Assembly (NCBI RefSeq): GCF_004010195.1
Contig: NC_057752.1
Span: forward strand, 3,776,726 to 3,840,725
DNA: 64,000 nucleotides
From: Chiloscyllium plagiosum
Lineage: Eukaryota
Direction of reading: 5' to 3'
Shown: one piece after another, positions 47,991 through 61,429 of the stretch
Numbering within the stretch: the stretch's first letter is position 1
How the letters are laid out: every line of letters starts with the position of its first letter
Translations under genes and position numbers: made by a program
Notes under the pieces: generated by a model
What the model saw: only the letters and a program-made list of their open reading frames with translations
What the model was told of the DNA's origin: nothing
The model's database searches: none

Positions 47991-49756
47991 TTCAGTGTAA
48001 CATATCTCTTTTTATGGCGGGTTCTTCTTGAGATTGTGTCAAGGGACACTTTATTTTTGGGGGCTATCTTTTAGTTTTCAAGAACCCCATTTTCATTCCC
48101 ACCAACTCATTTATAAAGTGATGCAGTCATGTCACAAAAATATATTCTGTATTTGTGCTAGCATTTGGGCTCACATAAGTGGAGGCATTCATCAATATCC
48201 TCAATAACTACTAACTGTCTATTAAACTTAACGCCACAAGAAGAACATTAATTCTCTGGACACCATGTATATTAATTGGTACAAGGCAACAGACATAGGT
48301 TAACAGCAAAAGTCTTTTATCCCCAAAATAACTGACAGATGCTTCTACGCACAAAAAAGCCATCATCCTAAATATATCCTCTACAGACCGGTGAGGTCAC
48401 AGCATTTCTATCCCATATTCCCAAAGCTGAATCATTTAACCAAGCAGTTACTACACACTTTCATTGCAACTCACATCTCAATTCCATATTTTAATTAAAC
48501 AGTTGACACTGTGTTCGTTAGAACTGCATCCGTTACATTCCCCCTGTATTACAACTCATGAACTTATGCAGCCTTAAGCTAAAGTTTCCATGTTCATTTA
48601 CAAATAATTCTTTAGTTCAGTGATTTCAGGTTTTTCTGGCTCCAAGTTAGCATTGTATAACCTTGGTACCACATTTAAAACTTGGAGACTCTCTCCCCAC
48701 CCAGCCTCCCCGCATCCCCAGATACTGTCCAAAAGGCAGGCTGGCAGCAGGGAAACAAACCAGGCTGAAATGCAGCTTGCTTGCAATCCTTACTTTCCCC
48801 TGCATTTTGCCCAGTTTAGCCCCAAGTGTGCAGTCCTAGAAATGATAGCAAGGTCAGCAGCCTGATTATCATGTGTAAATGAAGACTTGAGGGTGAATTG
48901 GGCATGTTAAAAGCTCAGTTGTCTCCAATATTAGCTTCCCCGTGCCATGATACAGTTGACACAGGCAGGTGGGCAGGCGTGACAAGTCCATTTTGTTTCC
49001 CAGTTTTAAGTGCACAGGAAAAAAGGGGAGTACCATCTTCAGGGGGTGCCCTTGTATGTTGAGATACCCCTCCTTACTAAGAGATAGTATCCCTGCCCCT
49101 GCACCTTGTTTCCTCCCTCAAAACCCATCTCTCCAAACCCTTGCTCCCAATGCCCCTTACTTAGCTGAGTGCGGGACCTTCGACTTGGGATTGGTTGCAG
49201 TCCTGGCAGTGCCCATCATTGAGCACTGGCAGCACAGGGACTGCTAGAACTGCTGGTCAATCAGATTGGGTGGCAGCTCAAGTTGGTGGGACTTCCACTC
49301 AGGGGCAGAGGTCCCACAGTCCACGAATTTAGACCACTGCAACATGTTATGGCTGCTCATCTGGCATGTTACAAGTCTGTTCGCTGGCTGCCAGCTTGCA
49401 TTCTGGAGTAGATGAGCGATCTGTCCTCCTGTAAATTTCTGACCCTTGCCTTTTCTGAAATGTGCTCAGTGTCTTTTGAGTCCAAGAAAACTTGAAAGGA
49501 GACCCTCCCTATGAAACGGTTGGAGACTACGATATAAATGCATGAATGTATTACTGAGGCACATGGAGGCTCCGAATTTGAGAAGGGCGTGCAGGAAATT
49601 GAGGTCCTTAAAACCAAGTGGCTGCTCAGAATTCGAAAAGTTCCCAAAGCAATAATTGTCTTTATCATCTGTCACAATCATGTGTTAACATAGAATTCCT
49701 TGTGTGTGATCTGTTTTTATTGATTATATGAACTTCAGATGCCAGAGACCTTCTGC

Positions 49757-50965
49757 TTTTATTCACTCGTGGGATGTGGGCATCTTTGACTGGGCTAGCA
49801 TGTATCATCCATCTCGAAATGCCCTGGCAAAGGTGGTGGTGAGCTGCCTTCTTGAACTGCTGTGGTCCATTTGGTGCAGGTACACTCATAGCATTGTTAG
49901 GGAAGGAGTTCCAGGATTTTGACCCAACAACAGTGGAAGAATGGCGATTATATTTCCAAGTCAGGATGGTGAGTGGCTTGGAGGGGAACTTGCAGGGGGT
50001 GTGTTCCCAAGTATCTGCTGTCCTTGTCCTTCTAGATGGAAGTCGTCATGGGTTTGGAAGGTGCTGTCCAAGGTACATTGATGAATTTCTGCAGTGTATC
50101 TTGTAGATAGTACACACTGCTGCTATTGAGTGTTGGTGGTGGAGGGAGTGGATGTTTGTGGATGTGGTGCCAATCAAGCGGGAGCTGCTTTGTCCTGGAT
50201 GGTGTCAAACTTCTCGAGTCTTGTTGGAGCTGCCCCCATCCAGACAAGTGGGGAGTACTCCATCACGCTCCTGACTTGTGCCTTGCAGATGGTGGACAGG
50301 CTTTGGGGAGTCAGGAGGGGAGTTACTTGCTGCAGGATCCCTAGCCTCTGGCCCTGCTCTTGTAGCCACTGTGTTTATATGGTATTGTCCAGTTCAGCTT
50401 CTGGCCAATGGTATGCCTCAAGATGTTAACCAGTGGGGGATTCAAGATGGCAATGCTATTGAATGTCAAGGGGCGATGGTTAGATTTTCTTTTGTTCAAG
50501 ATCGTCATTTCATGACACTGGTGTGGTGCAAATGTTACTTGCTACTTGTCAACCCAAGTATGGATGTTGTCCCAATTTTGCATGTGAACACGGACTGCTT
50601 CAGTATCTGAACATTAGTGAACAGCACCACTTCTGACGTTAGGATAGAGGGAAGGTCACTGATGAAGCAGCTGAAGATGGTTGGGCCGAGGACACTACCC
50701 TGAGGGACTCCTGCAGAGATGTCCTGGAGCTAAAATGACTGACCTCCAACAACCACAACCATCTTTTTTTATGCCCGTTATGACTCCAAAAGGCAGAGTT
50801 TTCCTCCTGATTTCTGTTCACTCCGGTTTTGCTAGGGCTCCGTGAGGCCATTCTCCATCAAATGCAACCTTGATGTCCAGGGCAGTTGCTCTCACCTCAC
50901 CTCTGGAATTCAACTGACGTTTGAACCAAGACTGTAATAAGGTCAGAAGCTGAGTGACCCTGGTG
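49757..50965 (-). mobile_element. LINE (CR1/L2 superclade) RT C-terminal half and 3' UTR
   Basis: Minus frames give ALDIKVAFD and AGVPQGSVLGPTIFSCFISDLPS. The 3' end ...cccacatcccacgagtgaataaaa matches the tail of the tRNA-headed SINE. Confidence 0.85.
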
Positions 50966-52619
50966 GAACCCAATCACATAACAGGTATGTACCTGGCAAT
51001 CTTCATTTATTTCTGGACTTTGGGGTACTTGCTGCTTTGTCCTTGTAGCAATAGGGCTTTAAATGATAAGTGCATTGACTTGTGTATGTTTTCCAAGTAT
51101 GGTGCAACAGTTGAAGACATAGCCATGGGTGGCTATGTCTGTGGGCAGGCTGGAGTGAAAGCAGCTAAGGCCAGAGTTGGGCACTGTCTGGTAAAGTGCA
51201 GGAAACTGACTGTCCAGTGGTAGAAAGGTGAACATTGCAGCAATTTCTGTCCTGCACTGGACTACTTGTTGTCAAAGGAGACTCACAGGGAGGTGGCTAT
51301 CCAGGATGTGGTCCTTGCTACAGTAAGCTTGTGTCTGGTGGTACTGGGGGTAGAGATGGTCTGTTCACAATCACTGGGGTTGTTAGATCTAGTAGGGTGG
51401 AAGTAGCAAGGACATGATCGGGGAGTACGCAGGGCTTCATTTGAGACAATGTTGCATGTGGCCTTGATGATGTGAGGGTAAAGGGTCAGGAGGGGTATTG
51501 GAATATTGTGCATTAAGACTCAAGGAACAAAGTGGGGAACTTCTTAAAAGGGTGGATAGGATCGGTGGAAACTGGGGAGGTCCCAGGCAGACTAGGGTTG
51601 CAAAGAATTCGAGCAGGTAAAGATTGGTCAAAACTTAGTTGATCACAAGAGGAGGGTTGAACATATTTGTTCTAACATTGTAAGTAAATCTCACCATTTT
51701 GACATTCTTATCCAAACTCGCTTTCACTTTCAAAATGGCAAAGTGGGAGGAGGTTTATTTTTAGGTGGGCAGAGTTTAAGTGGAAAACCTTTGGCCAACT
51801 GAAGAGGCATCCTAATAGTCCTAATTACCCAGCTCCAACATTCATGGTGTTATGTTCCGTTGAGATCCTGTGAAATCACAGAGCAACTGTACAATGTGGG
51901 CTGACTGGCATCTCACAATGCCTGAGGTATGGAGGAAAGTTGATAGATGTAATCTGTAAAGTGCCCTGTTTGCACAGAGTTAAACACTCCTGCCTGACAT
52001 AGGGAAGGGTGGGGCAGTGTGGAAGACTATTTGCTTGTTGGTATGTCAACAATGGCAAGGCAAGTTCATACAATTTTATGAGCGTGAATAGCCAAGCCAG
52101 GTCCTGAGCCCTTCACAGTAAATGATGAGGAAACAAACTAGTAAGTTAATTTAGTCTGGAAACTGGTCGAACATTAGGCAGCATGAGGTGGCAGTCAGTT
52201 GTTCAGTGACATTGACCATGCTGAGACTTGCAGACAATCACCCTCTCTGAGCTGCCTGGGCAGAGACACAGTTAGACTGACTTGACAGTGCCACTCATTC
52301 TGGCAGAGTGTCGGCAAGTGCTCAACCTCTTCCTACAGTGGATCCAGGTTCTGTTGTCTGAACCAGTGACACTGACTTGCACTCTCACCTCAGTCCAGGC
52401 TACCTGAGTCTGATGAGAGGGTTTCCTAGTGACTGAAGCTTTGACCCATTGGATCTCTGTGGGGGCGAGAACCTCCTACCCACCAGACCCATTTGATTTG
52501 TCATTGAACTCAGAAAACCACTCTATGTAGTGGTAAGCTGAAAAGTGCATGATTGTGCAGTAAAACACATCCAGTGCTCGGGGAACCTCTGTATACATTA
52601 AATGGAAGATTCCACCCTT

Positions 52620-52686
52620 TGTTTCTCTTTTTCCACAGATGCTGCTAGACCTGCTGAGCATTTCCAGCATTTGTTTTTATTTCAGA
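52620..52686 (+). mobile_element. Old PLE pLTR fragment
   Basis: cacagatgctgctagacctgctgagcatttccagca parallels the mini-PLE sequence. Confidence 0.5.
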
Positions 52687-53645
52687 CTTTTTTAAACTTT
52701 AGCTCAAACTGGGACTGTATCACAGCAGTTGAACTCCACAGTCTAGAAGGCAACTTTAGTTTAAAGCAAAGCTGGATAGCATTGGAGTTACACAATTACA
52801 TGTTCAGCCTCAACCACTGACAAAAAAAAAAATTGCAAAGCTATTTATTTCCTCCCATGAGGATATTCACTGCCGATTCCCAATGAGTAAATCATCTGTT
52901 TGTCTCAAAGGGCTTCTAAATTTGTCAGACATGCACCTCTTTGTATGAATTCTCATGGTCTGAGCCACATGCAGCAGAGTATCTGGGATTGCTGTAATTC
53001 CTGTTGTAAATAATTCACGAACTGCTTGTCAAGTCTTGCTCAGAGAAGAGTTGAATTACAGAATGATGCACACACACAACGTCCTCTTCAAGGACTCACT
53101 TTGTAACAATAATGACCTCCACCTTCTGCTCAGACATCTGAAGACTCAAATTTAATATAGTTTTCTTCATTGTTTAAAAAAGCTGTTGCAGTTTGGGCTT
53201 TTCCCTCAGCATTTCTTTTCATTTAAATGTTTTCAAGTTCCTTAAGTAAACAGTTTTCTTAAGCAGAGGCTTAAGTCCATGTCTGCAGAGGCAATATGTA
53301 ACAATCAAATCGAATCTCGGAAGCTTGCTCCCTCACTGGAGAATATGTGGGATGGCACCTTGGCTGAAGCAAGATATTACCACATCACATCACCTCACAT
53401 GGACTAAACCCTTATTCTAAAGTTAATATCACCAATAAAATAATAGAGAAGCAGAATCAAAGGCACGATACTTGTCAGCAGTTGTGCTGGAGTATTGAGC
53501 AGACTTCACTTCTGCTCTGTGGAGTCACCAGATTACAGGAAAAAACGAAAATTGTGGGAAGATCCTTGGATTATAGTTACATTTTCCATCTGACATCCAT
53601 TCAAGTCATTTGATGTCAACTCAAAATGGCCAATTTATAATGGGT

Positions 53646-53860
53646 CTGAAAAAACTGCACAGAAGCTAGGTCCTGTCACTAAGTCGCTCTTTATTTACTC
53701 GTGTACGGTACACTGCCTGTGGCCAACCAGCTCAGAGTCAGTCCTCAACGGAGGAGATTCTAATCTCCTGGTTACATTGGTCAGCCAAGGCTTTCTTGGT
53801 TGAGATTATTAACATGGGCCAATCATATTTAATGAGGTCCACCTCTTTCCAATCCGTACA
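53646..53860 (-). mobile_element. Solo Gypsy-family LTR
   Basis: Bounded TGTA...TTCA on the minus strand. Shares ggtggacctca, ggctgacc and taaataaag with the other LTRs. Confidence 0.7.
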
Positions 53861-54083
53861 GGTTCAGAATGAGACAGGGCTGTTTGCATCCAACAATTAG
53901 GTCAGACACTTGAGCAATTGCCAATTTTAACATCATTGACATGCTGGTAATAACTATTCTTGTCTGAGAGGCCCCTTTCAAGCATAGCCCTAAACCTCTT
54001 CATTAAAGCTGACTCTGCCTCAAACAGTCATACTGTTTCTAAAGAACCCATGACAGTTTGCCAGTGAAGTACCCCAGGAGTTC

Positions 54084-54386
54084 CATAGAATCCCTACAGT
54101 ATGCAAGCCATTTGGCCCATCAAGTCCACACCAAACCTCCAAACAACATCCCACCCAGACCCATCCCCTCAACCCTGCATTTCCCGTGACTAACCCACAC
54201 ATCCATCGGCAATTTAGCATGTCCAATCCACCTCACCTACATGTCTTTGGACTGTGGGAGGAACCAGATGAAACCCATGCAGACACTGGGAGAATGTGCA
54301 AACTCCACACAGACAGTTGCCCGGGGGTGGAGTCGAACCCGGGTCCCTGGCGCTGTGAGGCACCAGTACTAACCACTGAGCCACCA
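54084..54386 (-). mobile_element. HE1 (V-SINE)
   Basis: ggtggctcagtggttagtact head, ggttcgactcc B-box, V-domain. Confidence 0.88.
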
Positions 54387-56124
54387 TATTTGGAACTGAT
54401 TGTGAGGTTAGCTGCAACTTTTAACATGACATGTATTAAAGAATAATGCACAGCACGATGGATGAAATCTTCATTTTTGTCACAGTAACCTCCTAGATTT
54501 TAATTTGTTGACTGTTAGGGGAAAGAAAGCTCAGTTGTAGAATTGGACTATTTTAAATCTGAGCTACACAGCAGATGAGCTGTCATCTCGAACCCCTCTC
54601 CAAACCGATTTTGATTCAAAATAACTTGATGTGGTTATTCTTTTGCTTTCTTCTCCAACAGTGAATGAGATGCACCAATAACAGCTTGCATTTGTATAGC
54701 ACCTTTAAATTAGCAACAAATCCCAAGATGCTTCATAGAAGACATTATCAAACAAAATTTGGTCTGGAGTCACATCAGGAGATATTAGGTCTGGAGTCCA
54801 AAAGTTTGGTCAAAGTAGATTTTAAAAGAGAACCTTTAAAGAGGAAACTGAGACTGAGAAGTTTAGGGAGAGACTTTGGGGCCTTGACAGATGTCTGTTG
54901 ATCCCAATGAAGCATGAACAGAAATTCTGATTTAAAGACAGAAACCTTCACCACCAAACTGCAACTCTCATAACCATCACTGATTCCCACTGCTGAAGAA
55001 AATGAAACTATTCAGTTAGAGTGCCACAGGCAGCCAGTTAAAAGTGGAATATAGTCCCTACATTAAGCCTGGCCTGAGAATCCTCCTGCAGCCAGTTGCA
55101 AACATACGCTCTATCTCCATCCCATGCCTGAGTAGCTTCAATTCCAGTTTGTTTATTTTTTAAAAACTTTTTGAGCCTGCCACAGTTAATAATCTATTCA
55201 TCACTCCAACATCTCTGTTCTTCTTTTACTGATTTGACCATGTTTCACACACCTTTTAATTTGCTCTCTCAGAGAGACTCACATCATCCGGTAGATCGCT
55301 GTATAATTTTTCATTCATGCTGTACATTTTGGTGTCAATCTTTTTACCCCTGGCCTTCTGACAACCCTTTTCAGGCTGCCAAAACCCCGTCCTCATTTAT
55401 TCCATAGTTCAGCTTTTCTTGTGTCGACTGTCATTGTTGACACATGATTGAAATGTGCAATAGTGCTCCTCCTGATGTCTTCCTAACTCTGTTAAAGTAC
55501 TCTCTCTTTGTTGATTTGTAAGAGTTTGCAACAGATTGATATTTGCTCAGATTAAAAGCATTGACAGTAACTCCTTCATGTAAATCCATGGTCCCCTATG
55601 ATCAGGAGTTTGTCATTGCTGGCCAATGTCTAATTGGATCAATCTGAGGGTCATAATTAAGAAATCCCACATTACGAGAACTGGATTCTGAAATTTTTCA
55701 TTTTTTTTTTCATAATATTCCACATTATAGAATTCCATACTGATAAGAAGCCAATTATAAATCTACAAGTTTATTCAATTCACATATGAAGGGTCAAAGC
55801 ATTTTGAGTCAATTTTAACTTGTTTGATAATGCTCCTCATAACAAAGAAAACGATAAACTGCTCATATTTCTCATTTTAGAAAGACAGCGCTCTTAATCC
55901 CTTGGTCTTTTCTTTATCAGCTCTTGGAGAATATGGGCTTGAAAGTGTGTGTGCATGTGCGCTTGGTTTCTCACTATAACTTTAACTATTCCTCTCTGTG
56001 CTCTGCTGGTCTAACACTGAAGTTAATGTGGCAATTAGCAGAACCCCAAGGAAGCTTTGAGACTGTGTTTTCATTCGTAGTTGTACATGAAGTAAAATCT
56101 CTAACCCTCTCGATGCTTCCTAGA

Positions 56125-57050
56125 CATCAACATTTAAAAGACATTTGGACAGGTACATGAATAGGAAAGGTTTAGAAGGATATGGGCTAAATGCAGGCAA
56201 ATGGGATTAGTTCAGTTTGGGAATCCTGGTCGGCATGGATGAGTTAGGCCAAAGGGCCTGTTTCCATGCTGTATGACTCCACCAGCTGTTTGAATCATCA
56301 ATCAAAATGGCTGCTGTTCTAGAAGCTTCCCTGGCTGGGCTCCTTCTTTTAAAATTTGATCATGTGACGAGGGTGTCACTGGCAAGAGCAATATTTATCA
56401 GCCATATTCTCCTCCATGCTGATAAATTCCTACACTAATGGCTGGTAAACAAAATTATAATGCATAGGATTAAGGGACATGTACTAGCATGGATAAAATC
56501 TGGTTAATGGACAGTAAACAGGGAGTATTGAGGTAAATGGGTCATGTTCAGGTCAGTAGGCTGCAATTTTACAGATTACATGAGTTGAGGTTGGAGTTTG
56601 CGTTGTGTGGAGGATGCAAAGGGAATATGGAGAGGTTAAATGAGTGGGAAAAATTTGGTAGATGAAAGACAATATGGAGAAATGTGAAGTTATCCACTTT
56701 TGGGGGGAAAAACCGAAACGCGGGGGATTTCGAAAATAGTGAGAGGCTGGGAAGTGTTGTATTGAAGTGTTGTAGAACCAGATAACTGCCTCAGAATAGG
56801 GGTCAGACTGTTAGCACTGAAAAGAGGAGGAATTTCTTCACTGAAAGGTAGGTGAATCACTGGAATTGGCTGCTTGAGGGCTGTGGAGGCTCAGTCATTG
56901 AGTATACTCAAGCCTCAGATCGATAGGTTTCTAAGCATTAAAAACATCAAGGGATAATAATAGTTGCAGGAAAATGGTGTTGAAATAAAAGATCAACTCT
57001 TCCCTCATTGAATGACTGAGCAGGCTCAAAGAGCTGAAGGGCCTACTCCA
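56125..57050 (+). mobile_element. Two CR1 3' remnants (56125-56280 and 56430-57050)
   Basis: FKRHLDRYMNRKGLEGYG and 3' UTR. An older copy has KCEVIHF and RRNFFT. Confidence 0.65.
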
Positions 57051-59029
57051 ACAGTTACGCCTTTAGCTCACCCCCTTAGCTGGGCTCACTTTGATGAAGC
57101 TCACTTTTTCCTTGGGAGGCATTATTAAATCTCATTGTTTCAAACTTATGTGGAATACAAGAAGGACTGTCCTTAATTAGTAGGCCTGGGTCACAGTATC
57201 CATGTGTATGGCAGTAGAGGACAAAATATCAGTCAGAGGGTCCTGACATTAGCCGAAAATATGAGCGTGCATTGCACATGAAATATGTCAGCATCTAAAG
57301 ATAGTTTAACAATATAAATGCCAGATTTGTATGACATATGTGTCTACAAATGTTTCTGGTCATAATGCCAAATGACTAAAAAATGCAAAGATTCACAGTA
57401 GGATGAGTCCTTTGAAATTGTAGGAAAACCTGAATGCAATCTGTAGCCTACTTAAACATGTAGCTAGATTCAAAGAGACTTCAAGTAAACGTCAAAATTA
57501 CCGAAGTAGTTAATAGCTCTGTACGAACCCATTTGTGGAATAATGAATTCTCACTTAAAAGCTGTCCACTTTCAGAATGTTGAAGAGCTATTGACACAGA
57601 CAAAGAAGGTTTCTTGCTGTGATCAAATTTCTCACAAGCTGGATGGATTTGCTGTTTATTTTGGGAGCCTGCAGCCAGGGAGACTGGTGCTCAGCACATG
57701 CTGGGTAACTTCTGCCACTGATATTTTGTTGTTTTGATTTAGGCATCATACAGAGTTACACGCTGTACCAATCAGTATGAGAAAAAGCATGTGCGTTCAG
57801 TTATCTTTCCAATTACTTGTTGTTCTTGCAGTGTTAATTTATGCAGAGAATATTTCACAACTTAATAACTACCTCATGTTCGACAGCTTACATTTGTCTT
57901 GAGCTTTCACGCATCAAAATGTCTTTCCGAATGGATTGGTGAGCACCAAGGAGAACAGAGGTGAGGGCCAAAGTTGCCAATCCTCCAGAAATTCCTCTCT
58001 GGGATTTAATGAGCAATTTCCTGAGCACTACGACGTTCAATCTAAGAGGGAAATTGTCCAGTTGTGAAACAGTTTATTTTCTGTTTTGTTACCAGCTGTA
58101 GGAATAATAGGAAAAATAGGTTGCTTGACTGGCTGAAACAGTTGGAGATGGGAAGTTACGTGATGAGAACTCCTGGAATACTTGAAACCAGAATTGGCAA
58201 GTGTAAATCAGAGGAAGGTGTGGCAAATGAAGGCACTTGCAACATTCAAAGCGGTGGGTATTTTGAGGTGGGTCTAGAAGTAGCGAGGGTCGAAGGGATT
58301 CAGGAAGAGAAATACAAGACTTGGTGTGTGTGGTTTGCTTTTCCCTTTCCTTCCTTTTCAGCAACCAGTGTTATGGCAGCAACCGTCTGAACAGAAACAC
58401 TTGCACAACTCCCATGTCAAAATATAAGTGGGAAATGGAGAGTCACAGATCATTCTTTGATGCTGGAATTAAGGTACATGCACAGGGAGCTTACAATTCT
58501 TAGTGTTGCAATATGTTACTCAGGGGTACTGGTCTTCGGGTTCAATGAAGATCCACACCTCCATGCACCACTTGCTCCAGCTTATCTTACTTTGCTGTTC
58601 TCTTCATAGCCTGTGAAAGCCAGTGACCTATACTAAAAAGAGTTAGAAACAACCGACAAGAGGACGTCACTAAAACCTGGACCTCGATCATCTAGTTTCT
58701 GGACGTCTACCTTTCACATCGAAGTGGACAAATATTACTGATCAGTTGTCTCCATGGCACCTCTTCAATTGAAGAGCTTAAGCCTTCCCCAGGGATTTTC
58801 TTTGTTGTTCTCTTTATTGGTCTTCTTTAAAAATGCTACATAACAACTTGTTCTTTCCATGTGTGTCACTTTCACTGGCTTTCCCACCTTCACTTGCATT
58901 AATCACTGTTACTTTTCCACTTTCTCTTGTTAAATTTGATGAATCTAGGTACTAGCTGATGTGTGTGTTTTTTTTTTCTCTCTCCAACTGAACGTGCAAG
59001 TATAAACATGCGGGGAACAAATCATCTGA

Positions 59030-59690
59030 TTGATTGTTGTCATATATACCCAGATACAGTGAAAAGTGTTGTTTTGCATGCTATGCAGGTAGATTGGACC
59101 ATCCAAAGTGCATCAGGGTAGCAGAACAGAGTTCAGGATACAGTGTTACAGCCGCAGAGAAGGTGCAGAGAGACAGATCAGAATTAACATTTGAGACGTC
59201 TGTTCAAAAGGCTGATAACAGCGGGGAAGAAGTTGTTCTCGAATCTATTCAAACTTCAGGTGGCATGGTCCCTCAGTGGTTCCTCACAGCACCAGGGACC
59301 TGGGTTTGATCCCAGCCTCAGGTGACTGTCTGTGTGGAGTTTGCATGTTCTCCCTGTGTCTACGTGGATTTCCTCCGCATGCTCTGGTTTCCTCCCACAG
59401 TCCAAAGGTGTACAGGTTAGGTGGATTGGCCTTGCTAAATTGACCAGGGATGTGCAGGCTAGGTGGATTAGCCATGGTTAAAGCATGGTTGATAGGGATG
59501 GATCTGGGTGGGATGCTCTTTGAAAGGTCCGTGTGGACTCGATGCTCTGAATGGCCTGCTTCCACACTGTAGGGATTCTATGATTCTATCACTTGTACAT
59601 CTTCTGCCCGATAGAAGAGAGTATAACCGGGGTAGGAGGGGTCTTTGATTTTGCTTTTCCGAGGCAATGGGAAGTATAGATGGAGTCAAC
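59030..59690 (-). mobile_element. Rex1/Babar-like LINE 3' end split by an HE1 SINE (59258-59585, plus strand)
   Basis: Minus strand RFENNFFPAVISLLN at about 59246-59202 resembles the Rex1 ORF C-terminus. HE1 head and V-domain lie inside. Confidence 0.7.
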
Positions 59691-59847
59691 GGGTGTAGCA
59701 TCATTAGCAATGAAAATCTGGGCCTGCTCATTTGACTTCAGATCAAGCACCTCTCATCATACAAGCTGTAGGTGATGGGCTTGGCCTTGCAGGTCAGCAT
59801 TATGTCTCACTTATTTTCCCACGGCTGCCCTCAATTCAGCTTTCCAG

Positions 59848-60305
59848 AAGAACTCAAGAAATGGGAGCAGGAGCAGACCATTCAGCCCATGTGCCTGCTC
59901 CCCCATTCAAAACAATCCTGGGCTTCAGCTTCACTTTCCTGCCCACTCCAAATATCCCCTGCACGTGATTCCCTGAGAAACCACAAATCTATCCCCAGCC
60001 AGAAATATATTTGACAATGGAGCATCCACTAGCCTCTGAGCCAAAGAATTCCAAAGGTTTTCAACCCTTTGAGTGAAGAACTCTCTCTTCCTCTCAGTCC
60101 AAAATGATAGACCCCTTCTCCTGAAGCTACATTGCCATGTTCTCAATATCCCAGCTGAAGAAAACAACCTCTAGGTATCTATCCAGGCAAATCTCTTCAG
60201 AATCCTACTTGTTTTGGTGAGATCACCCCTCGTCCTGTTAAACAGAATATAGACCCCATTTAGTCAGCCTCTTGTCCTAGGACAACCCTCTCATTCCAGA
60301 GGTCA
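59848..60305 (-). mobile_element. Old CR1 3' end
   Basis: KREFFTQRVENLWNSL. Confidence 0.75.
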
Positions 60306-61429
60306 ATCTGTGGACTTTGTAAGATTATTGCTGAACTAAGGGTTCTTTTGTTGCACTTGGAACTGCAGAGACTGCCCACACTGATCTTACATAGCACTCA
60401 TTTCCTCTTGATTGTTTTGAAATATCTTAAACCCAGCAGTCCAAAATGGATTTGAACCAAGGTCCAAGATGTGAAAAGACTGTGTATAAATGTTCCTGTT
60501 CTTTGCCCAACATTGATGGGACTGTGATTGGTACAACTGTTTCCAAACAGAAGCAGGCCTCACATTTTGGCATACAGGCTGTGAGTTACTTGGACACTAC
60601 CTGCAGTAAGTGTAGTATGCAGGGGACTAACATGTGGCTTTGCATCTATCATTCCCAAAGCGCTCCACCTCTCAGGTTTTTCTTATCAAATTTCAGTCTA
60701 TGTAGAATTGATGAGAGATTGATATCTGTGTTCCTCTCATTCCGACTGTTTGAGTATTAGTGACGTTGCCTTGCCTCTATGATCTGGAATACCCTCCCTA
60801 CACCTCACCACTTCATTACCTTACTTTCCTCCTTTTGCACTTTCTTTTAAACTTACCAATTTGACCAAGATTTTGGTCACCTTTTCCAGTATCTTCTTGT
60901 GTTGTACGATTTGCTAACATTCCTGTGAGGAGCCTTGGGATGTTTAAGTGTGCTAAAGGTACTATACAAATATAAGCTACTGTTGGTTATTCAATAACTC
61001 CGTTCCTATTGTATCAGGATTGAAGAATGCAAACCAGATGGACTTTGGTCTGTCTTCATCTACTGGCTTCTCTGTTTCCACCGAAGGATCTGGACTGAAA
61101 ATCAGCACTCAAACCTCCATTGGAAAGAAAGGCAAGTGTCATTTTAAAAAATATTTTAAAAACAATCTCCTTGTAAAAGGGGTCATGGGGGAAGAGGAGT
61201 AGTTAGACTCTTTCTCAGCGAATCCTGGACGTGCTCTCCCACCCGTCCAAGAAACAAGAGCTTTCAATGTGTACCAAAAGTCAGCAGTTTGCGTGTGGAG
61301 CCATCTCCTTGGTACTAGATTGATAAACTCCCTCTGATTTCAGGAACTAAGCTGTGGTTAGTGGTGCAAGTTCCAGGCAAGTACATGCTGGTGGTTATGC
61401 CAGGAGAGTCCTGACCTTTGACAGACTCT

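Noticed and set aside
57576..57608. 33-nt exon candidate NVEELLTQTKK
   Set aside because: The donor (gtttct) is weak and the peptide is unrecognised.
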